Source: an uncultured Verrucomicrobiae bacterium
GTDB lineage: Bacteria; Verrucomicrobiota; Verrucomicrobiia; Chthoniobacterales; Chthoniobacteraceae
Direction of reading: 5' to 3'
DNA length: 64,000 nt
NCBI GenBank assembly: GCA_963828525.1
Contig: CAWHEP010000008.1
Coordinates: 416,001 to 480,000, forward strand
Numbering within the stretch: the first letter of the stretch is position 1; every line of letters starts with the position of its first letter. The notes under the pieces were generated by a model. That model did not search any database. It saw only the letters and a program-made list of their open reading frames with translations, and had not been told where the DNA came from. Positions 28,031-40,415 of this stretch are shown one piece after another. A program made the translations under genes and the position numbers.

Positions 28031-28835
28031 AGTCCGTGGCTGCTAACAGGTATACACAGATCCTGGAGCGGATATTCTTTGCCCACTACACGGCAGAAAG
28101 CAGTGAAGTTGGGTTCAGGAGAGAGGAGATGGCTGCGGTCGCAAAGGAGATCGGGATAGAACTGCCCAAAAACCTTGGCGATCTGATCTACAGCTTCCGG
28201 TCAAGAACAGTTCTTCCCAAGTCCATCACGGAAAAGGCACCTGCTGGCAAGCACTGGATCATCCGGTCCGCCGGCAAGGCAAAGTATCAGTTCGTGCTTG
28301 TCGGCGAGTGGGCGGTTTCGCCGAATCCAATTCTTTCTGAAATCAAAATACCGGATGCTACCCCCGGAGTGATCGAGAAATACGCCCTTAGCGACGAACA
28401 GGCGTTGCTGGCAAAGCTTCGATATAACCGCTTAATCGATATATTTACGGGCCTTACATGCTACTCACTGCAGAATCATTTGCGCACATCGGTCGCCGCC
28501 ATGGGTCAGGTGGAGACCGACGAAATATATATATCGGCATTGATCGACGGGGATCCCACTACGTGCTTCCTGTTCAGGCTAAAGGCGGGCGGGATAAGAT
28601 GAGCATGGTGCAAATCGAACAGGACTTCGCGTTGTGCAACGAAAAATTCAAAAGCCTCACATGCCGCGCGATCGGAGCGCAATTTACTGCTAACGATGTA
28701 ATAGCTCTGTTCGAATTCGAATCCGGTGAGAAGGGCATCACGCTGGCGAACGAGAGACATTATCGCCTCGCCAACCCGCAAGATATAACGGCAGACGATC
28801 TGAAGAGCTACGCTATCCAGCGCGAACTACCATGA
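28015..28835 (+). CDS. Putative type II restriction endonuclease; +2 frameshift in an (AT)5 tract
   Basis: Overlaps the MTase stop. Removing one AT at 28525-28534 joins two ORFs into about 272 aa with QVETDEIYIGID...PVQAKGG (PD-(D/E)xK variant). Confidence 0.75.
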
Positions 28836-30490
28836 ACCCGCTGGAAGAATACAATAAGAAGCGCGATTTCACGCGCACTGGAGAACCGAAGGCGGCGAAG
28901 AAGAAGCGTTCAGGCGAACCTCTGTTCGTCATTCAAAAGCACGAGGCAAGCCGGTTGCATTACGACTTCCGCCTGGAAATGGAGGGCGTGCTGAAATCGT
29001 GGGCCGTTCCGAAGGGGATTCCTTATGGCAAGGGCGACAAAAAACTCGCCGTGCATGTTGAGGATCACCCTTTCGACTATGCGGGTTTCGAAGGGATCAT
29101 CCCGAAAGGGAACTACGGCGCCGGCACGGTAATGGTGTGGGATACCGGCACGTATGAGAATCTGGGAGGCAACCCGGTAAAGGACTTGGAGGAAGGTCGG
29201 CTGCACATCCTTCTCCATGGCAAAAAACTCGAGGGCGAATGGGCGCTCGTGAAAATGCAGCGCGAGGAGAACCAATGGTTACTTCTCAAAAGCGGAGAGG
29301 ATGCCCCGCCTCTCTCCGCCAAACACGATGACGAATCTGTTCTCAGCGGGCGCACGATGAAACAAATCGCCGCCGCCAAGGACGCCGAGTGGATTTCAAA
29401 TCGTGGTTCGGCCGCGGACGCCAGAGCCGAAAAGAAAAAATCTGCTTCGACCCCCCGTAAGGCCGCTCCCGTCAAAGCCAAGATCGCGTTGCCATCGGGT
29501 CTCCCCCATGCCCCCGCGGCGTTCTCGCCTCCCATGCAGGCGAGACTCATCGAAAAGCCTCCAACGGCAGGCGACTGGATTTATGAACTGAAGTTCGACG
29601 GCTTTAGAGTGGTCGCCGTGAAGTCAGCAACGGGGGTGGAATTGATCTCTCGAAGTGGCAACTCCCTGACAAGCCGGTTTCGCGAGATCGCGGACGCTGT
29701 GAACGCCCTTAAGCTCACGCAAGGCGCGCTGGATGGCGAGATTGTCGCCCTCGATGAAGAAGGCAAACCCTCTTTTCAGCTCCTCCAGTCCTCTGAAACG
29801 GATACAACCCGCCCTCCGATCTGTTACTATGTGTTCGACGCGCTCAACATTGAAGGTCGCGACACGCGCGCTCTCCCCCTGACCGAGCGGAAAAGATTGT
29901 TGGAAGATGTTCTCCGAGACCCGCCGGACGGCTTGCGATACTCGGGCGCAATCCAAGGCGATCCCCATGAGCTGCTAGCCGAAATCAGCCGTCGGGGCCT
30001 GGAGGGCCTCATCGCTAAGAAGAGCGGCTCGCTTTATGAGACCGGGCAGCGAAGCGGCGCGTGGGTAAAGCTTAAGTGCGTGAACGAAGAAGAGTTCGTC
30101 ATCGGCGGCTATACGCCTCCGGACGGAACGAGACAGTATTTCGGCGCGTTGATCATCGGATTTTTCGAAAAGGGGAAGTTACTTTTTACAGGCAAGGTTG
30201 GCACGGGGTTCAGCAGCGCAACACTCAAGACCCTGCACGGAACCTTGCAGCCGATTCGCGCTGAGCGCTGCCCATTTGCAAACCTACCCACCAAAAGCGG
30301 TGGCAAGTGGGGACAAGGCATCACAGCAGCGGAGATGAGACGCTGCGCATGGGTAAAGCCGGAACTGGTCTGCCAGGTGAAGTTCGCCATGTGGACCCGG
30401 GACGGCAAACTCCGCCAACCCGTTTACCTGGGTTTGCGCGAGGATAAGAAGGCGGCGGACGTAATCCGTGAACTGCCCGGCGCCGTTTGA
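28832..30490 (+). CDS. ligD: NHEJ DNA ligase D, phosphoesterase + ligase domains, no polymerase domain
   Basis: PE: EEYNKKRDF, FVIQKHEASRLHYDFRLE, KSWAVPKG, VEDHP. Ligase: YELKFDG, LDGEIV, FDAL, EGLIAK, WVKLK, OB domain LRQPVYLGLREDK. Confidence 0.93.
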   Translation: MNPLEEYNKKRDFTRTGEPKAAKKKRSGEPLFVIQKHEASRLHYDFRLEMEGVLKSWAVPKGIPYGKGDKKLAVHVEDHPFDYAGFEGIIPKGNYGAGTVMVWDTGTYENLGGNPVKDLEEGRLHILLHGKKLEGEWALVKMQREENQWLLLKSGEDAPPLSAKHDDESVLSGRTMKQIAAAKDAEWISNRGSAADARAEKKKSASTPRKAAPVKAKIALPSGLPHAPAAFSPPMQARLIEKPPTAGDWIYELKFDGFRVVAVKSATGVELISRSGNSLTSRFREIADAVNALKLTQGALDGEIVALDEEGKPSFQLLQSSETDTTRPPICYYVFDALNIEGRDTRALPLTERKRLLEDVLRDPPDGLRYSGAIQGDPHELLAEISRRGLEGLIAKKSGSLYETGQRSGAWVKLKCVNEEEFVIGGYTPPDGTRQYFGALIIGFFEKGKLLFTGKVGTGFSSATLKTLHGTLQPIRAERCPFANLPTKSGGKWGQGITAAEMRRCAWVKPELVCQVKFAMWTRDGKLRQPVYLGLREDKKAADVIRELPGAV

Positions 30491-30511
30491 GCGATTTAGC
30501 GGCAAGTCGAT

Positions 30512-31036
30512 TTAAGCAGCCCTGCTTCCGGTCTTCACTTCCCGAAACGAGCCGAGCGCAAACAGGCCGGCAGCCACGCAGATGCAACTATCCGCAACGT
30601 TGAACGCCGGCCACGGCGGGATGGGCAGCGTCCAAAACCGAACCAGCAGGAAATCAATCACATGACCGTAAAGCAGCCGATCCGTGAGGTTTCCGAGGAT
30701 GCCAGCGACGAGCAGCGCCAAGGCCACCCGCCCGGTGGGCTCCCTGAAAAGCCCCCTCCACGACGCTATCACCAGCCCTGCCAGGGTGAGGATTGAAATC
30801 ACTATGAATACCTGGTTGCTATGCCCCGAGGAGAAGAAGCTGAACGCGGCCCCCGTATTGGTGTAGTCCACCAAGTCGAACAGGTTGGGAATGACGACGC
30901 GCGCGGAGTCGAGGTCCAGGTGGCGCGAAATGAACCATTTGGTGCTTTGATCCAGCAGGTATAACGGCAGCGTCACCAGCAGCCAGAAGCTCGGCGAAGC
31001 AGCGTAAAGACGCCGCGCCGCGCCAGGCTCATTCAT
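30512..31036 (-). CDS. lspA: Signal peptidase II
   Basis: LDQSTK, NTGAAFS, GILGNLTDRL, VIDF, AFNVADSCI; follows ileS. Confidence 0.95.
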   Translation of the reverse strand: MNEPGAARRLYAASPSFWLLVTLPLYLLDQSTKWFISRHLDLDSARVVIPNLFDLVDYTNTGAAFSFFSSGHSNQVFIVISILTLAGLVIASWRGLFREPTGRVALALLVAGILGNLTDRLLYGHVIDFLLVRFWTLPIPPWPAFNVADSCICVAAGLFALGSFREVKTGSRAA

Positions 31037-33792
31037 TTGCGGCGCTCCCCGCTTTTGCCCTCGCTCCCGAGACTACATCCGCGCACCTCTCGCAAAGATC
31101 AGGAAAAAGTTCATCGCTCCCGACGTAGTGACGATGCCGCCAGCAACGCTCGCACTTCCTGTAATGGCTGCTGGAAAGCACGGCTCGATCTTCATCGCCC
31201 GCCATTACCTTCAGCTCGCTGAGGATGAAAAACTCCTCCGCTTCGCCGAGACGCGAACTGACAAAATCAAGCAACGCCGAATCCCTTATCTCCAGGCTTA
31301 CCGACGCCTCGAGCGCGTTTCCGATGACTTTCTCCTGCCGGGCTCGCTCGACCGCCTGGCCGATCAGGGCGCGGAGCTTGAGGAGCGATTCGAACTGCTC
31401 ATCGAGAGCCAAGTCGCGCAGGGCCTCCTCGGGCTCGGGCAGCCGTTCCAGATGGATCGACCCCGCTCTCCCAAACGCCTGCCAGGCCTCCTCCGCCGTA
31501 AACGCGAGAATGGGAGCGAGGAGCCGCGCCAGCGAGTCGAATACAATGCGCATCGCGGTCTGCGCCGAACGGCGGCGCGCTGACCCGGCCGCATCGCAGT
31601 ACATGCGATCCTTTGTTATATCCACGTAGAGGCTGCTTAGATCGACCGCGCAGAATTGATTGAGGGCGTGATACACCTTGTGAAACTCGTACTTCTCGTA
31701 TCCTTCGCGGCACACCGAGATTACTTCCTGCAGCCGGCTAAGTATCCACCGATCAATCAGAGTCAGAGACTCGCGCGCCACTGCCTCGCGCTCGGGATCG
31801 AACCCGTGCAAATTTCCCAGTAGGATGCGGAGCGTGTTCCGAATGCGCCGGTAGGTGTCTGACAGGCGGGTGAACATCTCCTCGGAGAAAGGCACGTCGT
31901 CCGCGAAATTGACGCTGCTGACCCATAGGCGCACGATATCCGCGCCGTGTTTGCCCACAAAATACCCGGCGTCCATCGGTTTTTGATAAGCGGCTGACTT
32001 TGAAATCTTTTTCCCATCGAGATCCACCACGAAGCCGTGCGTGATGCAGGTCTTGTAAGGAGCTTCTTCACCCAGCGCGACAGCAGTGGTGAGCGAAGAG
32101 TTAAACCAGCCGCGATGTTGATCTGTCGCTTCTATATAAACATCGGCGGGGGCGCGCAGCGCGGGGTTCCCGCGCAACACAGCCTGATGGCTGAGACCTG
32201 AGTCTATCCACACGTCCAAGGTGTCACCGCGCCGCTTGGTTCCCGCCGGGAGCCCCAGCGCTTCCGCCATCGTGGCGTCGTCCATCTCAAACCATACGTT
32301 GGTGCCGCGAGTCTGAACCAGATCGGCAAACTTCCTGATCCAGGCCGCGTTGAGGATTGGCTTTCCTTCCGGCGTGTAGAAGACAGGCAGCGGCACACCC
32401 CAGCTTCGCTGGCGGGAGATAACCCAATCCGGCCGCGATTCAATCGTGGAGTAGATCCGGTTCCGTCCCCACTGCGGAAACCATGCCACCTTGTCCACCG
32501 CGGAGAGCGCGTCCGCCCGCAACGCGTCGATCCGGATGAAAAATTGATCGACCGCGCGAAAGACCACGGGTGTCTTGGAGCGCCAGCAATACGGGTAAGA
32601 ATGTGTATAAGGATGCTCGCCTAACAGAGCGCCTTTTTCCCGCAAGCAGATTCACGATCAGCGGATTGGCATCGAGAACGTATTTACCCACGACCTCCGC
32701 CACCCCGCATTCGTCCGTGAATCGTCCGTGGTCATCCACCGGCGAAAGAACAGCCAGCTTGTTCCGCATGCCCGCGGCATAATCGTCAGCTCCATGGCCC
32801 GGCGCGATATGCACATTCCCGGTGCCGCTCTCCAGGGTGACAAAATCGGCGAGGATTATCCGTGATCGCCTATCGAGAAAAGGGTGCTGCGTTTCAACTC
32901 CCTCAAATTCGGCGCCCGTGCCTGCCATTAGAGCCGGTTCGTCGGTCGCCAGCCATCCCGTCGCGCTTTCAAAAGCGGAAACCCGCGCTTCAGCCAAGAG
33001 GATGTAATCAGCCTGTCCACTTGCCGCATGCCGGAACTGCCGCGCCACATAGCGATGCCTGGGATGAACGGCGATTGCCAAATTCGCCGGCAACGTCCAT
33101 GGAGTGGTGGTCCAGATCGCCACGCTGGCTTTCCCGGCGAGAGGGCCGGACACAACCGGGAACCTCACAAAGATCGCCGGATCCGTTCGCTCCTGATACT
33201 CCACTTCCGCCTCAGCAAGCGCCGTCTGGGCGCCAGTGCTCCAGAAGACGGGTTTCTTGCTTTCATACACAAGATCACGGTCAACAAAGGTTGCAAACGC
33301 TCGCAGCATGTCCGCTTCGTACGCGGGATCAAGTGTGAGGTAAGGCCGATCCCAATCGGCGAGCACGCCCAGGCGTTTGAACTGCAGCCGTTGTATATCG
33401 ACGTATTTCCGCGCGTACTCCTCGGATTTGCGCCGCACCTCTATCGGCGGCAGTTTTCCGGCTTCCTTGACGACGCGATATTCAATTGGAAGGCCGTGAC
33501 AATCCCACCCAGGGACAAACGGCGCGCGAAATCCGCTCATCGCGCGGGATTTAACGATCATATCCTTCAGGATCTTATTCAGAGCGGTGCCCATATGCAC
33601 GTCACCGTTCGCGAACGGAGGGCCATCATGCATCACGAACAGCGGCGCGCCGCTTCGAGCCTGTTGTATTTGCTCGTACAGCTTTTCCGCTTCCCATCGC
33701 GCGAGCATCTCCGGCTCCCGCTTCACCAGATCCGCCTTCATCGGGAAGTCAGTCCGCGGCAGGTTGAGTGTATCTTTATAGTTGCTGCTCAT
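31029..33792 (-). CDS. ileS: Isoleucine--tRNA ligase (type 1), one frameshift near 32645
   Basis: [66 protein letters not shown]-terminal CERC..CERC Zn motif. Confidence 0.96.
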
Positions 33793-33825
33793 CGTCTCGT
33801 GCCCGCTGTTCTCGCGCCGGGTTTA

Positions 33826-34905
33826 TTAAGTAGACGCGACAGCGTCGTCCAGCCAGACAAGCAGTTGCTCGATCGTTTCGTCCGTCTCGTCACCCATATT
33901 GGAAATCCGGAACGTTTTCCCCTTCAACTTCCCGTAACCTCCGTCCACCACGCAGTGATACTTCTTTTTCAAAACCTGAATCATTGCTGCTACATCGATG
34001 TCGCGGTTGTTCGCCACGCACGTCAGCGTTTTTGAACGATAGCCGGCAGGGGCGAAGAATTCGAAACCGTTGCGCTCCACCCAGCCATGCACCAGCGCGT
34101 TCAGGCGGGCGTGCCGGGCGTGGCGTTCGGTCACGCCTTCCGCAAAGATGTCATCAAGCTTCGACTGCAAGGCATAAACATGAGAGATCGTTGGCGTACT
34201 CGGCGTCATATCGCTCTCCTGGTTCTTCTTGAACTCCAGAAAATCGAAGTAGTAGCCGCGATCCTTGCTTTCCGCGGCGCGCGCGAACGCCTTTTCGGAA
34301 ACCGAGAACAGAGCAAGCCCTGGTGGCAAAGCCAAAGCTTTTTGACTGCCGGTGAGAAGAACATCGATACCGAGCGCATCCATCGCTATGGGCTGCGCGG
34401 AAAAGGAGGAGACGGTGTCCACAATAAAAAGCGTCTCGGGATGGCGAGCCATGACCGCGGCAATCCCTGGAAGCGGGTTTAAAACACCGGTGGATGTCTC
34501 ATTGTGGATGAGAGTAACCGCGTCAAAGCCACCACCCGCGAGTCTTTCTTCCAGCATTTCGGGCAGGATGGGGGTTCCCCACTCCACCTGCAGAGCTTCC
34601 GCCGTTTTGCCACACCGCTTGCTCACATCCAACCACTTGTCCGAAAACGCTCCGCACATACAGTTCAGCACGCGATGTGGCACAAGATTGCGAATGGATG
34701 CCTCCATCACTCCCCACGCGGAAGAGGTTGAAAGAAAGACAGGCTGTTTGGTCTCAAAGAGCTGCTGCAGGCGGGGATGGATCGCGGCATACAGCGCCTT
34801 GAAATCGTTGCTCCGATGTCCAATCATCGGGCTGCAGAATGCCGCGAACGTCTTCTGCGAGACTTCTACAGGACCGGGAATGAATAGCTTGGTATGGGGA
34901 GTCAT
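33826..34905 (-). CDS. Class V PLP aminotransferase (serine-pyruvate / alanine-glyoxylate type)
   Basis: LFIPGPVEV, IGHRS, HNETSTGV, VDTVSS, TGSQKALALPPG, FRISNMG. Confidence 0.9.
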   Translation of the reverse strand: MTPHTKLFIPGPVEVSQKTFAAFCSPMIGHRSNDFKALYAAIHPRLQQLFETKQPVFLSTSSAWGVMEASIRNLVPHRVLNCMCGAFSDKWLDVSKRCGKTAEALQVEWGTPILPEMLEERLAGGGFDAVTLIHNETSTGVLNPLPGIAAVMARHPETLFIVDTVSSFSAQPIAMDALGIDVLLTGSQKALALPPGLALFSVSEKAFARAAESKDRGYYFDFLEFKKNQESDMTPSTPTISHVYALQSKLDDIFAEGVTERHARHARLNALVHGWVERNGFEFFAPAGYRSKTLTCVANNRDIDVAAMIQVLKKKYHCVVDGGYGKLKGKTFRISNMGDETDETIEQLLVWLDDAVAST

Positions 34906-35009
34906 TTATTTAAGAGTTTGATTAGAGCCATGCCCGGCATGCAGCGGTGCTGGAACCCGCGGGGGATTGGCAATGTTCAGAAAGCGCGCCTCTCGGGCAA
35001 GTTATTAGT

Positions 35010-37463
35010 TCACTCTTCCCAGATGAAATGTTCCAGCCGCAACTGCTTCGCTCTCGCGCGGGCTTCTTCCGCGCGGGGGCCTTCCAGGGCCGCCATCTTC
35101 TGATAGAGCCCTATGGCGGACTTCCACCGTTTTCCTTCTTCCATCAGCCTGCCTGCTTCAAAACCAGATTTGTAATACCAGAAGTAGTCTGGCTCCTCAC
35201 CTGAGGCGTTCGGAAGCTGCAGCACGTCGTAAAACACCGCGGCGGCCTCGTCTGGGTTTTTCTGACCTTCCAGACACTTCCCCTTCATATAAAGCGCCCG
35301 GTTGCGCCAGTATGTGGTGACGTCAATCTGGGACGAGAGAGTGTCGAACACCGCGATCGCCTTTGAAAAATTGGTTGAGTCCACCGCGCCCATCGCGAAC
35401 AGATCGTCCCCCTTGCCACACAAGCTGGTAAAGCGCAGTTCAGGCTCCGGTTGCGACTCCAGAATACTGTCGTAGAGAGTGATGGCGTCACTTTCCTTTC
35501 CAAGTCCACTGCACGCGCTGGCCTGCTGCTGCCGGGCGTACAGCTTAAGATGACCATTCATTCTGGCCACCTCGTCGAACAGGAGGATCGCCTGGTCAGG
35601 GTTCATGCTCTTCAAAGCGGATTGACCGGCCAAATATAAAGCTCCTTCCGCAAATCTCGAATCCGGCTCCTGGCGCGCCACCAACTCGAATTGATTTCGC
35701 GCATTGGAAAAATCCTCTTTGCGGAAGTAAATCTGGCCCAGCTTCATTCGGGCGTCTGCCACGAGCGGAGAGGACGCCCGCCTCTGGATGAACGATTCAC
35801 ATGCCGCAATGACCTTTGCTTCGTCCCGCTTCTCCGCGGAATCCGCCGCGCAGATCGCGAGGTATTCCGCCTGCTCAAGAGCCCCCTCGTCTGCCGGGGA
35901 ACTGAACGCCGCGCGTATATAGCCGCTCGCGGTTTCGATGCGGTTCGCCAGAAGTGCCATCTCACCCAGAGCGACCCGCGCCTCGCCCACCCTCGGATGA
36001 TCGGGAAAGTCTCTTATGAAGACCGAAAGCGTTTTCTCCGCGCGCGGATCGCCCGAGCGCGCCTGAAGCAAGCCTTCCTCCAGAACGAGCTCACGCCTCA
36101 ATTCGCTTTCCGGGTAGCGGCTGCTGAACCCCTTGTATTCCTCAAGAAACTGGTCGTAAGCGCCAAGATTGCCCCAGGAGAGAGCCGAGTTAAAAGTCGC
36201 TCTCTCCCGCAAGCGGTCACAATGCAGTCCCGCCGCCCGGAACAGGAACGCCGCTTCCTTAAACTCGCGGCGCTGAAACCTGGCAGTCGCGGCGGCAAAT
36301 TCACTCTCACCCATTATCGCGCCATCCCCCGCGAGCTTGATGGCCGCCTCGAACATCTGGAGCGCTTCCGCCGTTCGTCTGGACGCCAGCAGGGCCTGCC
36401 CTCGTATCAACATCGCGCGCGCGATGAGGGGATCATTCGGACACGAGCGGATGAATTCTTCGACAGGTTTCAGCACAGCGTCGTAATCCTTGTTCTGGAG
36501 CAGCAGTTTCGCAAGGTAGAGACGCGCGAGCGACGCGCGGCGCGACGGCTCTTTTCCCGCCCAGCCTTTATAGTCCGCGGCAGATGGAGAGTCGCTTGTC
36601 TCTTGAAGGAGGCTGAGCTTGCGGAAAGCCAGCGCGAGATGCGGACTGTCCGGGTGCTCCTGTATGAAGGCCGTCAGTATGTCCTGGGCCCCATCAATAT
36701 CCCCGCGGGCGCACCGCGCGTCCGCTATCCCGAGGATGGTATTGACCAGAAGGTTTTCCGGCATGTTGTCCGATCCAGAAAGCAACGCCTGCATCTCTGC
36801 GGCGGCCTTGCCCGGGCGCGCTTTCACCTGGACTCTGCCGCGCAAGTATTCCGCCCAATTCATGTCGACCGGCGAAGTCGCGGATACGTTCTCCAAAGTT
36901 GCCAGAGCTTTGTCCCCCTGGCCCGCCTCAACCTCGATCTCCGCCGCTGTCAGGGAAGCCCTGCCTCGGAGAGATGGCTCGTTTGCAAGAGAGTCCAGCA
37001 AGGAAATTGCTTCGGAGCCCCGGCCAATCATACGCAATGCCTCAGCTTCCCCAAACCGGGCCGCGAGGCGCAAGTCCAGCCCGTCTCTATCCAGTCCGGC
37101 AAACAGGGGCAGCGCTTCCTTCCATCGATTTGACGCGGCAAGGGCCCGGGCGCGCAAAAGATCGAACCTCGGTTCGTTATTTGGTTCCTCCGCCAGCGTT
37201 GCGAGCGCGTCGGCGGGTCGTGATGCTGCCAATTCGGACTCACAGAGCTTTGCGCGGGAATCGGATCGCTCCTGCAGGGACAAGCCGGCTGTTAACAGGT
37301 GATCGCGGAGCTTCTGGATTGCCACATCCGGCACGCCTTCATCCAAGGCGCGGAGCGCGGCGGAGGGCAGCGCCGCGCTGCAGGTGGCCGCGCCCCAGAT
37401 ACAAAGCATGGTGGCGCGGGCGAGCCAGCGCGGGAACACTGTGAGCAGCTTCCTCCAGTTCAT
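35010..37463 (-). CDS. Large exported tetratricopeptide-repeat protein
   Basis: Signal peptide followed by many TPR-like helical repeats with xPDS/xPES turns; 817 aa. Confidence 0.8.
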   Translation of the reverse strand: MNWRKLLTVFPRWLARATMLCIWGAATCSAALPSAALRALDEGVPDVAIQKLRDHLLTAGLSLQERSDSRAKLCESELAASRPADALATLAEEPNNEPRFDLLRARALAASNRWKEALPLFAGLDRDGLDLRLAARFGEAEALRMIGRGSEAISLLDSLANEPSLRGRASLTAAEIEVEAGQGDKALATLENVSATSPVDMNWAEYLRGRVQVKARPGKAAAEMQALLSGSDNMPENLLVNTILGIADARCARGDIDGAQDILTAFIQEHPDSPHLALAFRKLSLLQETSDSPSAADYKGWAGKEPSRRASLARLYLAKLLLQNKDYDAVLKPVEEFIRSCPNDPLIARAMLIRGQALLASRRTAEALQMFEAAIKLAGDGAIMGESEFAAATARFQRREFKEAAFLFRAAGLHCDRLRERATFNSALSWGNLGAYDQFLEEYKGFSSRYPESELRRELVLEEGLLQARSGDPRAEKTLSVFIRDFPDHPRVGEARVALGEMALLANRIETASGYIRAAFSSPADEGALEQAEYLAICAADSAEKRDEAKVIAACESFIQRRASSPLVADARMKLGQIYFRKEDFSNARNQFELVARQEPDSRFAEGALYLAGQSALKSMNPDQAILLFDEVARMNGHLKLYARQQQASACSGLGKESDAITLYDSILESQPEPELRFTSLCGKGDDLFAMGAVDSTNFSKAIAVFDTLSSQIDVTTYWRNRALYMKGKCLEGQKNPDEAAAVFYDVLQLPNASGEEPDYFWYYKSGFEAGRLMEEGKRWKSAIGLYQKMAALEGPRAEEARARAKQLRLEHFIWEE

Positions 37464-37476
37464 TACTGGTTTCCCT

Positions 37477-40380
<2,904 letters not shown>

Positions 40381-40415
40381 AAATGTCGAACACCCAATAA
40401 ACCACGAACTACCGC

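Noticed and set aside
32630..32650. Programmed frameshift in ileS at GGGAAAAAG
   Set aside because: The required shift is +1, not the -1 such a motif promotes; a single extra base explains it.
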